Assembly (NCBI GenBank): GCA_052327205.1
Contig: CM126205.1
Coordinates: 274,908,001-274,972,000, forward strand
Length of the DNA stretch: 64,000 nucleotides
Source: Somniosus microcephalus
Taxonomy: Eukaryota
Direction of reading: 5' to 3'
Shown here: positions 11,067 through 24,458 of the stretch, in pieces
Position numbering within the stretch: the first letter of the stretch is position 1
Layout: every line of letters begins with the position of its first letter
Notes under the pieces: model-generated
Told to the model about the DNA's origin: nothing
Databases searched by the model: none
The model's input: the letters and a program-made list of their open reading frames with translations, nothing else
Translations under genes and position numbers: made by a program

Positions 11067-14000
11067 CAACAACAGCAACTTGAATTTATATAGCACCTTC
11101 AACGTAATAAAATGTCCCAAGATGCTTCACGGGAGCGTTGTCAAACAAAATTTGACAGAGCCACATGAGGAGATTTAAGGACAGTTGAGCAAAAGCTTGG
11201 TCAAAGAGGTAGGTTTTAAGGAGCGTCTTAAAGGAGGAGACAGAGGTAGAGAGGTTTAGGGATGTAATTCCAGAGCTTAGGGCCTTGGCAGCTGAAGGCA
11301 CAGCCTCCATTGGTGGAGCTATTAAAATCGGGGATGTGCAAGAGGCCAGAATTGGTGGAATTGGAGGGCTGGAGGAGGTTACAGCAATAGGGAGGGGCGA
11401 GGCTATGGAGGAATTTGAAAACAAGGATGAGAATTTTAAAATTGAGGTGTTGCTGGACCAGGAGCCAATGTAGTTCAGTGAGCACAGGGTGAATGGGACT
11501 TGGTGCATGTCAGGATATGGGCAGTAGAGGTTTGGATAAGCTCAAGTTTATATAGGGTGGGAGATGGCCAGGAGAGCATTGGAATAGTCAAGTCTAGAGG
11601 TAAGGAAGACATGGTTGAGGGTTTCAGCAGCAGATGAGCTGAGGCAGAGGTGGAATCAGGCGGTTACGGAGGTGCAAGTAGGCAGTCTTGGTGATGGAGC
11701 GGATATGTGTTCAGAAGCTCATCTCGGGCAGGGGGGTCAAATACGACACCAAGGTTGCAAAAAGTCTGGTTTAGCCTTAAAATTGCTAGGGAGAGGAATG
11801 GATTCTGTGGCTGGGATGGAAGACAGTGGCTTCTGTCTTCCCAATATTTAATTGGAGGAAATTTCTGCTCATCTAGTACTGATTGTCGGACAAGCAGTGT
11901 GATAAATCAGACACAGTAGAGGGGTCGAGAGAGGTGGTGATGTGGCAGAGCTGGGTGTTATCAACATACATATGGAACCTCGTGTTTTAGATGATGTTGC
12001 TGAGTGGCAGCGTGTAGATGAGAAATAGGGGGCCAAAGATGGATCCTTGGGGGACTCGAGAGGTCATGGTGCAGGAGCGGAAAGAGAAGCCATTGCAGGT
12101 AATTCTGTGGCTACAACTGGATAGATAAGAATGGAACCAGGCGAGGGCAGTCCCACCCAGCTGGATGACGGAGGAAAGGCATTGGAGGAGGATGGTGTGG
12201 TCAACCATGTCAAGGGCTGCAGACAGGTCGAGAAGGATGGGAAGGGATAGTTTACCCTTGTCATAGTCTCATAGGATGTCGTTTGTGACTTTGATAAGGT
12301 TCGTCTCAGTACTGTGGCTGGGGTGGAAATCTGATTGGAGGGATTCAAACATGAAGTTGTGGGAAAGATGAGCACGGATTTGGGGGACGACAACACGTTG
12401 AAGGACTTTGGAGAGGAAAGGGGGGTTGGAGATGGGGTGATAGAGAAGTCGAGGGTGTTTTTTTTGAGAAGGGTGATGATGGCAGAATTGAAGGGGACAG
12501 TACCTGAGGAGAGGGAACTGTTAACAATATCCACTAACATGGAGGCCAGGAAGGAAACTTGGGAGGTCTGCAGTTTGGTGGGAATAGGGTAGAGGAAGCA
12601 AGAGGTGGGTATCGTGGTCAAGATGAGCTCAGGAAAAAAAGGGCATGAGGGGAGATACGAGAGAAACTAGAGAAATGCTAGGGCAGGGGAGAAACTTGGA
12701 GAAATTTTGTCCCGATCGGTTAGGGGAAGGGAGGGAAGCAGCTGAACTGGTGGTCTTAATCTTAGTGACAAAAGAAGTCCGTGAGCTCCTCGCACTTGTT
12801 GGAGGTGAGGGTGGAGGAGGCAGGGGAGAGGGGTTTAAGAAGACGGTTTGTAGTGGAGAAGAGAAACCGGGGGGGTTATCTAGAACCGTGAGCAGTTTTG
12901 GCAGAGGAGAACAGGACCTGATGGTGCTTTATGTGGCCCAGCCCGGTGAAGCATTTGTCCGCCATAAACATTGAAGTCTGCATCCCTTGGACTTAAGGAA
13001 GCGGAGATGAGGGCCTTACTAAGGAGAACAACCAGGGTGAGAGAGAGTCATGGTTCTAATAGGGACATGGGCACCAAAGATGGAGAGGAGGATGTGATTG
13101 AGCAGATTGGTAGCTGCAGAAATGTGGTGAATGGAAGGCCAAAGGCAAGACAGTGGGAATTTGAAAGTGCAGTTGTTAGTAACTTTGGAGAGTTTTTTTT
13201 CCAGGGGTGGACCACAAGACCGTGGGGAAGGCAGGTGTGGGTGGAGAGCGATACAAGGAAGTGATCAGATATGGCCTCGTCTGTGATTGATACGATGGGA
13301 ATAGAGAGGCCACGTGAAATGGCAAGGTCGACTGGGTGGCCGTGAATGTGGGTAGGGGAGTTTATATGGAGGGAGAGATTTAGGGAGGATAGGAGGGTAG
13401 TGAACTCCGAGGGGAGAGAGAGTTGAAATAGAGGTTGAAATCACTGGGGATGAGAAGTTGCTCGGTGCAGAGGGAGGAAAGCAGTGTAGATATATCGGTG
13501 AGATACTTGGGTGGATAGTAGAGAACGAGGATTTAAATGAGGTGAGGGGGTGGGGAACAAGGAGATGCTCAAAAAGGAGAAGTTGTTGCTAGAGGAGCCG
13601 AGGGGACAAACTAAGGTGTGGTTTGGTGATGAGAGCCATACCACCACCATGGCGGTTTAGGCAGGGTAAGTGGCGGAAGGTATAGCCAGGAGGGGAGGCT
13701 TCATTTAAGCAGGAACGTGTCATCACCCGTCGGCCAGGTTGCCACCAAGACCGTGATGTCTATGCAATCATCCACAATAAGCTCATGGATGGCAAGGGTG
13801 TTGTTCACAAGTGAATGAACATTCTGGAGGGAGATGTGGAGAGGGGCGATGATAGCCGATCCGCTGGCAGAGTCCACAGTGTCAGCATTGGGAGGGGTGA
13901 GTGGGACGGGAAGGTGGTTGGAAAGATTAGCCCCCAGCGGAAAGATTAGCCCCCAGCGGATGCACTGGGCGGTAAGGTCAGCGAGCAAGTAGGATGGGGC

Positions 14001-14330
14001 AGTTGGGCTTGCTGTTTGTAAGGTGGCAGTGACGAGTGCATTGATGGGCCCTTCGGACGATGTCAGGAGAGGCACAGAACAAAGCTGTAGGCTTATGTAA
14101 GAGGGAGTCAAGCATGGAATGGCGACTGGAGAGTAGCAAGGTCGAGGAGTGCTCGAGGGTTAGGGTAGGGATTTATGTGGGCAGAGTACTCGAGGGGGAG
14201 AAATGAAAGGAGGCATGACAGGAGAGAGCGGCCTAGGAGGTGTAAAGAGAAAAGAAGGAAAAAAGGGGAAATAGAAGTGATGGGCTTGGGTCCAGAACGG
14301 CAGCAAATGGACACAGGGAAACTCGAGTAA
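11067..14330 (-). mobile_element. Long decayed L2 LINE (endonuclease + RT + 3' tail)
   Basis: LHISLQNVHSLVN..IDIT (APE), VDHTILLQ..WFHSYLS..VPQGSIFGPLFLIY (RT), LTELHWL, FKTLLKTYLF. Tail caacaacagcaacttgaatttatatagc. Confidence 0.85.
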
Positions 14331-15034
14331 CATAGGTCTGGTTACATAGTAAGATTAGGATAGATATATCCTAGTATTAAACAGGGAATAGAGAGCAGAC
14401 AATAGAAAGAAGTTCAGAGTTAAAGTTCGAGGTCCCATGGTGGGATAAAGTTGAGCTAGGTAGGGTGGAGTCAGCTTGGAGCATCGATGAACTGATGTCC
14501 AGGTTTGAAGGCCAGTGTGGAGGGCAAGTGAGTCCTGAAGCTATTTGAAGTGTAGAGTATCGGCGGACACATTGCTGGAGGTATTTCCGTGGGAATGGAA
14601 GAGCCAGCAGGTGTGCAGAATTGATTCGGGGGTGGGGGGCGTGGGGTAGGAAAACAGTGGCGAAGTTGGAGGTCACCAAAAGACCTAGAGATGGTGGAAA
14701 AATAGACTACAGCCCAGGAGAGTGAATTTCTGGCCAGGAACCACACAGTAGCTGAAGCTGAAAAAACAGTAGGACAGTCATAAGCTCAGCAGGTAACAGC
14801 AGCGGTAGGATATGGGCTGTAGGCCAAACAAAGTTACCGTAAAACTTAAACAACTGAATAACAGATCAGCGGCACAACAGCTGAGTCTTGCAGCATAGTC
14901 CAGTGGAGAAGCATAGTCTTGACGGCAGAGAAGTCCAGGAATTTGGAAGCCAAATTTAAGCAAAGATCCAGTGCTCGCTGAAGAAAACAAGAAGCAGATG
15001 GTCCGTGTTGCCAAAATGGTTGGTGGGTGGGCAG

Positions 15035-15196
15035 CAACGTTTCTGCTAAGCTGCATCTCCACGCAGCGGCCTGGAGGTCCCACGCAGGCCGCTCACCGGC
15101 TTTTCAGTGGGAGAAACTGCGCATGCACGAAATTTTGAAATGGCCGTGCAGCCCGTTAAAGGGACTGCGCACCAAAAAAAATTAGGGGGTACATTG
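15035..15196. mobile_element. hAT-type MITE (~160 bp)
   Basis: 8-bp TSD GTGGGCAG at 15027-34 and 15197-204. Degenerate CAATGTTCCCT TIRs; homologous to 46608-46772. Confidence 0.8.
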
Positions 15197-16573
15197 GTGG
15201 GCAGTGGGGCCAGGTAACTTTAAACGAGTAGTTAACTTGTAGTTGGGGCTAAAATGCACCCATTATTAGAGCCAGGGGAACTTCGTGGAAGAGAGGAGAT
15301 TGGGGGGGAAAAAGAGAAAAGGATGGCAACAGTTAGCCAAGGATAGAGTTCCTCAGCAAAGGAGCTGCTAGGAAGCTGCCAGTTCAGGAGCCATCTTGAA
15401 TAAGTCCCATTGTTCACCGAGATCCCAGATGCCCTGTTGACCCCATTGAGTTGTTATCAATTTGCATTTGTGGCACAAATTGGAGCTGAAGGGTGAGGGG
15501 AAAAAAATCCAACTCTGGGAGATGCCCCGCTCCAGCAAACTCTGGAACATTGTTTCCTTGGACTTCATTTTATAGGGGTTTTTAAATATAAATTTTGAAC
15601 TTGATCTGTAGTAAATACTGCATTTTCTTTTTCGGGGCAACTTAGTATATAGTCAAGCCCAGCTGATCTAAGTGAATTTGTGTCCATACCCTTTAATATT
15701 GTTAAAATTTGATATGCTTTGCTACATTGGTCAGTGTTTCAGAATTTAATACTATACTTGTGTGGACTGTATAAAATAAATATAAACCAATTCATTTAGT
15801 GTCAAAGTCCCAGCCATATAATTATTGAATGATTTACAGCAGTCAAAATTTACCATAATACGGTGAGATGTTTTAAAGTTTTTTTTAAATATAAAGACTT
15901 TTCCTCCGCCTCCTTATTTTCCCCCTTACGGTCTCTCAGCTGATAGCCCACACCATGCAGTGCATTTAGCAATTTAGCTGTTGGAGGGAAACTGTTCAAA
16001 GTGCTGGTACTGGGTTTAAAATTTTCCTACTGAGCTACATATGTTTCGCATATGTCTTCTTTGCAATATATTCCACTGTTAATTTATGCACAGTAGTAAA
16101 TGCCAGTACTGACAGAGAGGTTTATATTCTCTTGAAATATTTTGTTTTAAACTGTGAGTTCTACATTACATTGGAGGAGATTTGTTTGAAACTGCATGCA
16201 GATTTTGACAGTCAGTGTTTTTAATTTTTAAATTTAGATGCTGTACAGTAGAGAGGAAAACAATTAATATTCTGTCCCCTGATTCAGGAAGGGAAACTAT
16301 GTCGAGTAGGTGTGTGCTTCTATTCGGGTTTTTCTTTGGAAAATACAACGTCAATTGGATTCATGTAATAGCTGCAAACAGATCAAATTTAATATTTTTA
16401 TGGAACAAACTTTTATGCTTCTCAGAGCTCTAACCCTAACCTGCTATGTCACACATAGAACATTTGGACAGAACATGGAAACAGTAAGGTTCCATGAAGT
16501 GTTGAGGTGTAGGCTCAATTTCTCCACCCTCTCCAATATTGGCTGTTATTGTGACGCACCAAGTAGACACTAA

Positions 16574-17410
16574 GGGGTCGATTTTCAGTGTGCCGTGGAG
16601 TCGGGATTGGAGGTGTGCGGGGGGGGGGTTAAATTCCCGAATTCGGGGGTCTCGACACCATCCCGCCCAAAACCCGCCTCCATGTAAGTTTCAAAGGAGG
16701 CGGGTACCCGCCCCGCACTGGGACCCGCTGACCCGAGGCGGGAAGGGATTAGTGCCAATTAACTGCTTGTTAACAGGTAGTTAACAGGCAGTTTTTAGCC
16801 TAATCCCTATTTTGAAGGTTGTCGTGTGGGATTCCCGACGGCTCCAAACCACGCCAAGTTAGAGGAGTCGGGCCGTCGGCTTGAAGGACTTGGAGGGGTC
16901 GAGATGTCAGTGTTCAAGTGAGTGATGGGTGCATGAGTGCAAAGGTAAGTGTGTTTGGTGTGTCTAAAGTGTGTAAAGAAGTTTTAAATTACCTGCACTT
17001 ACCTTTACAGCCTTCCTTCCTCTAGGTTTCGGGAGTCCATCATCCATCCGGCACAGAAAGCAGAATGGCTGCAATCTGTCAAAAGTGACAGCCTGCAGCT
17101 TTCAGTGCCGGTGAGATTTCTAACTGAGTCTGCGTAGAAGGACTCGGGTTAGAAGTAAGATTATCAGTGTTTGACAGCTTCAAACAGCTGTGAAACACTG
17201 ATATCTCATCTGTCAACACGTCTTGACAGATGAAATTTCAGTCTGTGATGTCACCTGTTGCCGGGTGGCCCTTAATTGGCCTGCTGAGCCCGCTGGGCGG
17301 GCTCAACAAGGTCAATCAAGCTAAAATCGCGTGGATTGGCCGCATCTCGATGGAGGCGGGACTACAACCCCAAAAGTTGTAGTCCCGACTTCTGAATGAA
17401 AATCCTGCCC
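16574..17410 (+). mobile_element. Non-autonomous PIF/Harbinger-like element
   Basis: TIRs GGGGTCGATTTTCA / TGAAAATCCTGCCC, flanked by TAA on both sides. Internal palindromes; related inverted copy at 47739-53700. Confidence 0.7.
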
Positions 17411-17443
17411 TAAACATCTAGAAACAGCGCAAAATATAGAGTA

Positions 17444-17768
17444 CAGGAAACTTTCTGGTATCCAGCACGGACGGGACCGATGTGGTGCCGGTTCAACAAC
17501 AATTCCGGATAACCGAACGCTATAGTAAAAGATACAGAGCTCAGAGCTCCGTATAAAGCAACAAACCCTGTTACAGCTTCAAAACAATCGGCACAAGTTG
17601 CAAGCATCTATGTAGCTTAGCAACAGCTTCAGCTATACCCTTGCACAGCAACACATGGAGTAAAAAAAGTAACTAAAAGTAAAAAAAGTTACCTGAACCG
17701 ACTCCTGAATTTTGCCGGTGGATAGAGCGTTCTGGTTATTTAGGGGCCGGTTAATCGAAAGTTTTCTG
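17444..17768. mobile_element. Tc1/mariner-pogo (Tigger-like) MITE
   Basis: TA|CAGGAAACTTTC ... GAAAGTTTTCTG|TA. Related inverted copy at 34615-35124. Confidence 0.7.
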
Positions 17769-18033
17769 TATTGTGCTCCAAGTGGTCTTGCATACCTACT
17801 TGTCTGTTCTGAATAGCATTGGTTGCGATCTAGGGCACACTGGCTATATTTGTATATCCATAAAATAAATCTAAATTTACCAACTTCTAGCTGTGCATTA
17901 GATATGTGGCCCAGAATTTGCTGGAGCTTGCCCTGTTAGTTACATTTTTTCCCTTGCCCTTTTGTTCAAAATGTTTGGGCTGCAAATTTCTGGAAGTGCG
18001 AAGGATAGGTAGGTTGGACCTCTAGTTTACATC

Positions 18034-21000
18034 GGCCCTGAATTTGCGGTTGGTATGACGGCGTATGCTGAAATCGACCGCAAGTTCAAACGCATGCGCT
18101 AAATCCCGAACTTGTGATCTGTCAAGTTCTGACTCCGCTTCGGCTTTGCTCCATGTTTCACCTACCCATTCAAATTAACATGCTAGCGCAAAGTTGGGCT
18201 AATTGCCCACCTACTGTGCATTAAATATACCCTGAAAATGTTTATGGCAGGTACAAATAGGTGCAGGAGCCTGTTGCACAGCGTAAGAGTTGGAGTGGAT
18301 GAGAAAATTGTATTAATTTTGAGCTAGGTTTATGTTACGGCCATAAAAAGCATCCTAATTGAGTTTTATGGTTCCTATCCAGAGGCCAGAAACATTAACT
18401 TTCTGCTAAGTGCACTAAAGTATTAATAATTACTTTTGTGGCAGAACCACTGAATGACTCTGGCTAACTGTATATAATTCTCTTTAACGATGTTCTAACA
18501 CCAGCCTAAACCTGTACCATTGTGTTAGGCATTACTGTGTTTTGTATATAGAGTTTACATGTACGGGGCGTGGCCCCTTTAAGAGCGTGGGAAAACGCAG
18601 GCAAACGCGATGACGTCACGTTGCAAACCACGGGACTGCCCAGTGAGTCCTCGTGGCATCTCCGTTGAGTAAAGACCTGTTTAATTGTTCTCTGGTGTGT
18701 CGATCTCAGTTATTCGTAGGAATTCATCAATTCCTACATTGGTGACCCCTTCATAAATTCCTACATTGGTGACCCCGTTTTTGTGAACGTTTTCACAAAA
18801 GAAGAGCATGGAAGCAAACGCCGTTTCGCTAAAGCTACCGCAGTTCTAGGAGCAGCAAGCGCCCTCGTGGTTTATTCAGGTCGAGGCCCAGTTCACCCTG
18901 AGGAACATCGATGCAGATCAGACCAAGTATCTTTGTGGTCTCTGCACTCGACAGCTCTACCGCCTCTCGGATCGTCAGCCTCCTCGAAAACCCCCAACGG
19001 CGCGCAAGTATGAAACCCTCAAAGTGCGGTTACTGCAGGTTTTCGGGCTCACAAAATCGGAGCGCGCCTGTCGATTACTCGCTATGCCCGGGCTCGGGGA
19101 CGCCAAGCCTTCAGAGTTGATGAGCCAAGTGCTCACACTCCTGGGCTCAGAACGGGAATGTTTCCTTTTCCGCGAGATTTTCCTCAGCCAACTGCCTGAA
19201 CAGGTACAAGCTGCCCTGGCCAGATCTCAAACTGAAGACTGCGCAACACTCACTGCGGAGGCTGACACAATTTTCGCTGTAACTCGGCAGTACTGCGCCG
19301 CCACGAGGCATCCATCCTCCGCAGACACCGCCCCAGCTCGTCCGCCTGCTGGGCTGTGTTTCTACCACGCGCAGTTCGGAGCGAAAGCGAAGCGTTGCTG
19401 CCCTCCCTGCAGTTTTCCCCAAAAAAACCAACGACTGACAGGGCGACCACCGAGGAACAGGTCTAACGGGCACCCCGCGGCCGCAATGGCGATCGGCAAC
19501 GCGGGAAAATTGCTCTTCGTCACGGATACTCTCTCCGGTCGTCGTTTTCTGTGCGACACCAGAGCGCAGTGCAGCATTTTACCCGCGTCCGCCCTCTGTG
19601 CAGACGGGGAATCACGGCCCCGCCCTTGAAGCGGCCAATGGTAGAATGATTCGGACCTTCGGCAGACGGCGAGTGGAGTTGTGCCTCGGGGGGGGGGCAA
19701 CGTTTTCACTGAGTTTGTTACGGCCAAATTTTCCCAGCCCCTCCTCGGCGCAGATTTCCTGTGCGCCAACAGCCTCCTGGTCAACGTTCGGAACCGGCGG
19801 CTGATCAACGCAGCAACTTTTAATTCTCTTCTGTGTTACCACAGTAACACTACGTCACGCACCGTCTCCTGTGCGTTCCCGACTCCTGATGAGTTCGCTC
19901 GCCTGCTCAGCGAATTCCCCGACCTGACAAGACCCACGTTCTCCTCCACAGCCACGAAACATGGTGTGGAACACCATCACCAACGGCCCCCCGGTCTACG
20001 TGCGGGCCCAGCGCCTAGAACCTGGCAAGCTGGCGGTCGCAAAGGCCGAGTTCGCAACCATGGAACGGTTAGGGATTATTCGCCGGTCGAATAGTCCCTG
20101 GTCTTCACCCCTCCATATCGTCCCGAAGCCTGGCGGAGGATGGCGGCCATGCGGCGACTATCGATGACTAAACGACGCCACCACTCCTGATCCCCCCCCC
20201 CATATATCCAGGATTTCTCTACCCATTTGGCAGGGAACACCGTGTTCTCAAAAGTCGACCTCGTCCGGGGCTACCACCAGGTCCCAGTTCATCCACAAGA
20301 CGTCCTCTTCGAGTTTTTAAGGATGCCATTTGGGTTAAAGAACGCCGCCCAGGCTTTCCAACGCCTGATGGACTCCGTGCTGCAGGACCTCAAGTTCCTC
20401 TTCGTCTACCTGGATGATATTCTAATTGCCAGTCCCACTAAAGAAGAACATATCTGTCACCTACGCACCCTTTTTCGACGCCTCAGCCAACACGGCCTGA
20501 TTATCAACCCGGCCAAGTGTCAGTTTGGCCTGCACCAAATTGACTTCCTGGGGCATCGCATCACCTCAGAGGGAGCGGTTCCTTTACCTTCGAAGGTAGA
20601 GGCGGTGACATCCTTTCCATGCCCGCAGAACATAAAGGCCCTGCAGGAATTCCTAGGCATGGTAAACTTTTATCACCGTTTCGTGCCTAAGGCGGCACTA
20701 CTCATGCAGCCCCTGTACGAGGCCCTCAAGGGCAAGACTGGCAAGAACCCGGTAGACTGGACGGATGATATGGCCCGAGCGTTCGCCGACGCCAAAAGCG
20801 CCTTAGCCAACGCAACTATGCTGGCGCACCCGCTGCCAGGAGCCACCATTGCCCTCACCACCGACGCGTCGGACTAGGCAGTCGGTGCCGTGCAACAGCA
20901 GTGGGTGAACGGGACGTGGCAGCCGTTGGCATTCTTCAGCCGTCAACTACGGCAGAACGAGAGAGCATACAGCACGTTCGACCGGGAGTTGCTTGCCCTT

Positions 21001-23406
21001 TTTCTGGCCATCCGCCATTTTCGGTTCCTTCTGGAAGGACGTCCTTTCACCGCTTTTGTGGACCATAAGCCGCTGACCTTTGCAATGCCCAAGACTGCCG
21101 AACCGTGGTCAGCCCGACAGCAGCGTCAACTGACCTACATATCCAAATTCGGCACGTGGCCGGTAAGGACAACCTGGTGGCAGACTGCCTCTCCCGCGCG
21201 ATTGTCAAAACGGTTCATTTGGGCATCGACTACGCCCTCATGGCAGCGGACCAAGCCTCCGACCCGGAAGCCCAAGCTTACTGAACGGCCATCACTGGCT
21301 TCCAGTTGGCCGACGTCAAGTTCCATTCGGCAGGTACCACGCTGTTGTGTTACGTCAGTACAGGATCCTCGCCCTGTCGTGCCGGTTGTCTGGCGCCGCA
21401 AAGTGTTCGACGCCATACATGGGTTGTCACACCCTAGAATGAAGGCCTCTCAGAAACTGATGTCGGCGAAATTTGTATGGCATGGCATGCATAAGGATGT
21501 CCGCGATTGGGCCAACACCTGCGTGGTCTGCCAAAAGGCCAAGGTACAGCGCCACATCAAAGCTCCGTTGGCCGCCTTCACTGTTCCGGAGCGACGTTTT
21601 GACCACATCAACGTGGACCTGGTAGGACCGCTCCCACCCTCCCATGGTTTTTCTCACATCCTGACCGTGGTTGACCGCACCACCAGATGGCCAGAGGCGG
21701 TCCCCCTGTCATCCACTAATTCGGCGGACGTGGCCAGGGAGTTCATTTCCTCCTGGATCGCCCGTTTTGGAGTACCCGCCGATATTTCGTCAGACAGGGG
21801 ACCGCAGTTTTCCTCCGAACTCTGGAATGCAGTGGCCCAAGGACTCTGTCAAATTACACCGCACCACAGCCTACCACCCACAGGCAAATGGCCTCTGCGA
21901 ATGCTTCCACCGGTCAATGAAGGCCGCCCTGAGAGCCAGCCTCCAGGATGCTGGATGGGCAGACAGGCTACCGTGGGTCCTGTTGGGCCTTCGCACGGCC
22001 CCCAAAGAAGACCTTCACTCGTCATCAGCGGAGCTGGTGTATGGTCAACCGCTGCGGGTCCCGGGGGACTTCCTACCAACATCAACGGAGCAATGGTCCG
22101 CGTCTGCCCAGTTTGCTAGTCACCAAGAGGCGGCCAGATGTTTCGCACCGGTGCCCACTTCGCACCACTGGCTGCAGAGGTCACACGTTCCCACGGAGCT
22201 TCACAAGGCGGAATATGTTTTTATTCGCCATGACGCACATAGGGATCCGCTCAAGGCCCCATATACCGGCCCCGTCCGTGTGTTGGAAGCAGGGGACAAA
22301 ACCTTCACGGTCGATGTCGGTGGTAAGCCAGACCACATTTCGGTCGACCGCTTAAAGCCAGCACATTTGGACCTCGACCGCCCCGTCGAAACAGCACAAC
22401 CGCCGAGACGGGGTCGGCCACCCATCGTCGTTACGGCAGACCAAGTTCAACCGCCCGCCAGACCGCCCAGCAGCCTCCACCTCGAGAGTACAGGAGTCGT
22501 TCTGACAGGCTCGTCAGACCCCCTCACCGTTTGACTTTGTCCGTTAAAGCGAATTCTGGGGGGGCGCATGTGGCAGAACCACTGAATGAATGACTGGCTA
22601 ACTGTATATAATGATGTTCTAACACCAGCCTAAACCTGTACCATTGTGTTAGGCATTACTGTGTTTTGTATATAGAGTTTGCATGTACAGGGCGTGGCCC
22701 CTTTAAGAGCGCGGGTAAACACGATGACGTTTCGTCGCAAACCACGGGACTGCCCAGTGAGTCCTCGTGGCATCTCCGTTGAGTAAAGACCTGTTTAATT
22801 GTTCTCTGGTGTCGATCTCAGTTATTCGTAGGAATTCGTCAATTCCTACACTTTAATATCAATGCATTTAGGTTAAACTGTGCAAATCAAAATAACTTCA
22901 ATTTACTGTGTTAAGTAAAACTTCAAGCTTGTTCATCTTACCAGTCCTTTTTAGTTAAAATGAGTTGGCTTTTAAATAGTCAGCAATTTAAAAGCTGAAG
23001 CCTGGCATCAAATAATTTATCAACGATTGCGACGTGAAGAAAAATGCTTCAGTAATCTCTTGGAAAGTGTAGTGTGAACAGTAAAATAGATAAATAAATA
23101 AATAAAACCAGGTCAGCTGCTCAGATGGACTTCCTGCAAAGCTTAATGCTGTCCCATCGGAGATTTCTACCTTTCCTGATTGGCTAAGAGTCAGGAAGTG
23201 AATGGAGCACCGCCCCACGTGATCCCAGGTATGCTTACGCACAGCAGTGTGCTCCTGGAATCCGTGGGCCACTACACTGCGCACAACTCCACAGCGTTTC
23301 AAAGCAACTTTTCAAAGGGGGCTTTGCACAAGCTAAGTGCGAAGTTTGTTCTGAAGTCGTTGCCTGTGTACTCCTTAGCTACACTGCTGACTGCAAATTC
23401 GGGGCT
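18034..23406. mobile_element. Non-autonomous TIR element (Harbinger-like) split by an LTR retrotransposon
   Basis: GGCCCTGAATTTGC at 18034 and GCAAATTCGGGGCT ending at 23406. Flanks atc/att. Internal similarity to 58364-59444. Confidence 0.55.
18437..22850 (+). mobile_element. Full-length decayed Ty3/Gypsy LTR retrotransposon, CsRN1-clade-like
   Basis: LTRs 18437-18738 and 22569-22850 (TG...CA) with 4-bp TSD CTTT. PBS TGGTGACCCC(G) complementary to tRNA-Trp; G-rich PPT. Gag from ATG 18808 with CHCC motif CFYH..C..PPC, protease FLCDT, RT YLDD, RNaseH TDASD, integrase HHCC/SDRG. Stops and frameshifts present. Confidence 0.93.
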
Positions 23407-24458
23407 ATTATATCCAAAGCATGACAGCTCAGAAAATGCTGGCCACAGGGTGAACAATTAACCATTTTCTACCAAAAATACACACTGGATAAACATCAAC
23501 ACAGCCTGGTTGGGCTGAACGGCCTGTTTCCACGCTATGTGTATGTAATTCTACATCGGTGTGAAGCAGTTGTAGCTTCTCCTTGATGCTAAGCTGTATA
23601 GTGTAAATCAGGTGTCCTGACTTCAAAGCAGGATGGGACTTCTTGTAGAAATTTCACTTCACTCCAGGAAGTTTCATTCCATTTCGCTCCAATGTCAGGC
23701 TGGACCCTAAGTGTGGATTCAGGCTGTATTGACATTAAAGTGCACCATCCTTGCAATGCAAAACTGCATCATTTTGATACTACTGCTGTTGTATAAATGT
23801 AGCCTTGGAGTAAATAATTGTACAGGATATACTGCATTCACTTGGGTGCATACAGGATATGTGACTCACTCGACTGAAGTGTTTAATGCAAAATGCTGTT
23901 GATTTAATTAGTAGGAGTGGTCGAAGTGTGTTAAATTTAAGATGGTGTGTTTTTCAGAGGCATATATCCATCTAATGCAGGGAAATTATGATTAAACCAA
24001 AAATTACAATTTTTATTTTTTATTCAAAATTTATAGCTGTGAATTTTGTTAAATTGTATGAGACAAGTATCAAGAGCGCTGCTTTTCTTGCAGCCATGGC
24101 AATGATTTATGGTGGAGTAGAAACCTTTTTAAATAGGGTCCCTTTATCTCTTTCTCACCCTGTGTCTCCGTGCCCCCCTCTTTACAGATAGTGATGGATT
24201 GGTTATGTATTTTTAACATTTTTTTGTTTCTCTTGCAGATTTCTAGCATTCATAGCTTTCATTTTTATCTTGAAAAATATTCAGCATTGGGCCTGAATGG
24301 TGCCCGAGGCTTGCATGATATTTATTGACTTTTTTTATTTTTCAGATTTAAAATATTACTACTTCATGAAAGTTTGTGCGCGTCTCTTTGCTCCAGGGAG
24401 TTGGATATTTTTCTAAACTTTAAAACAACATTTCTGGAGTGGATTTTTAAAACTAAGG

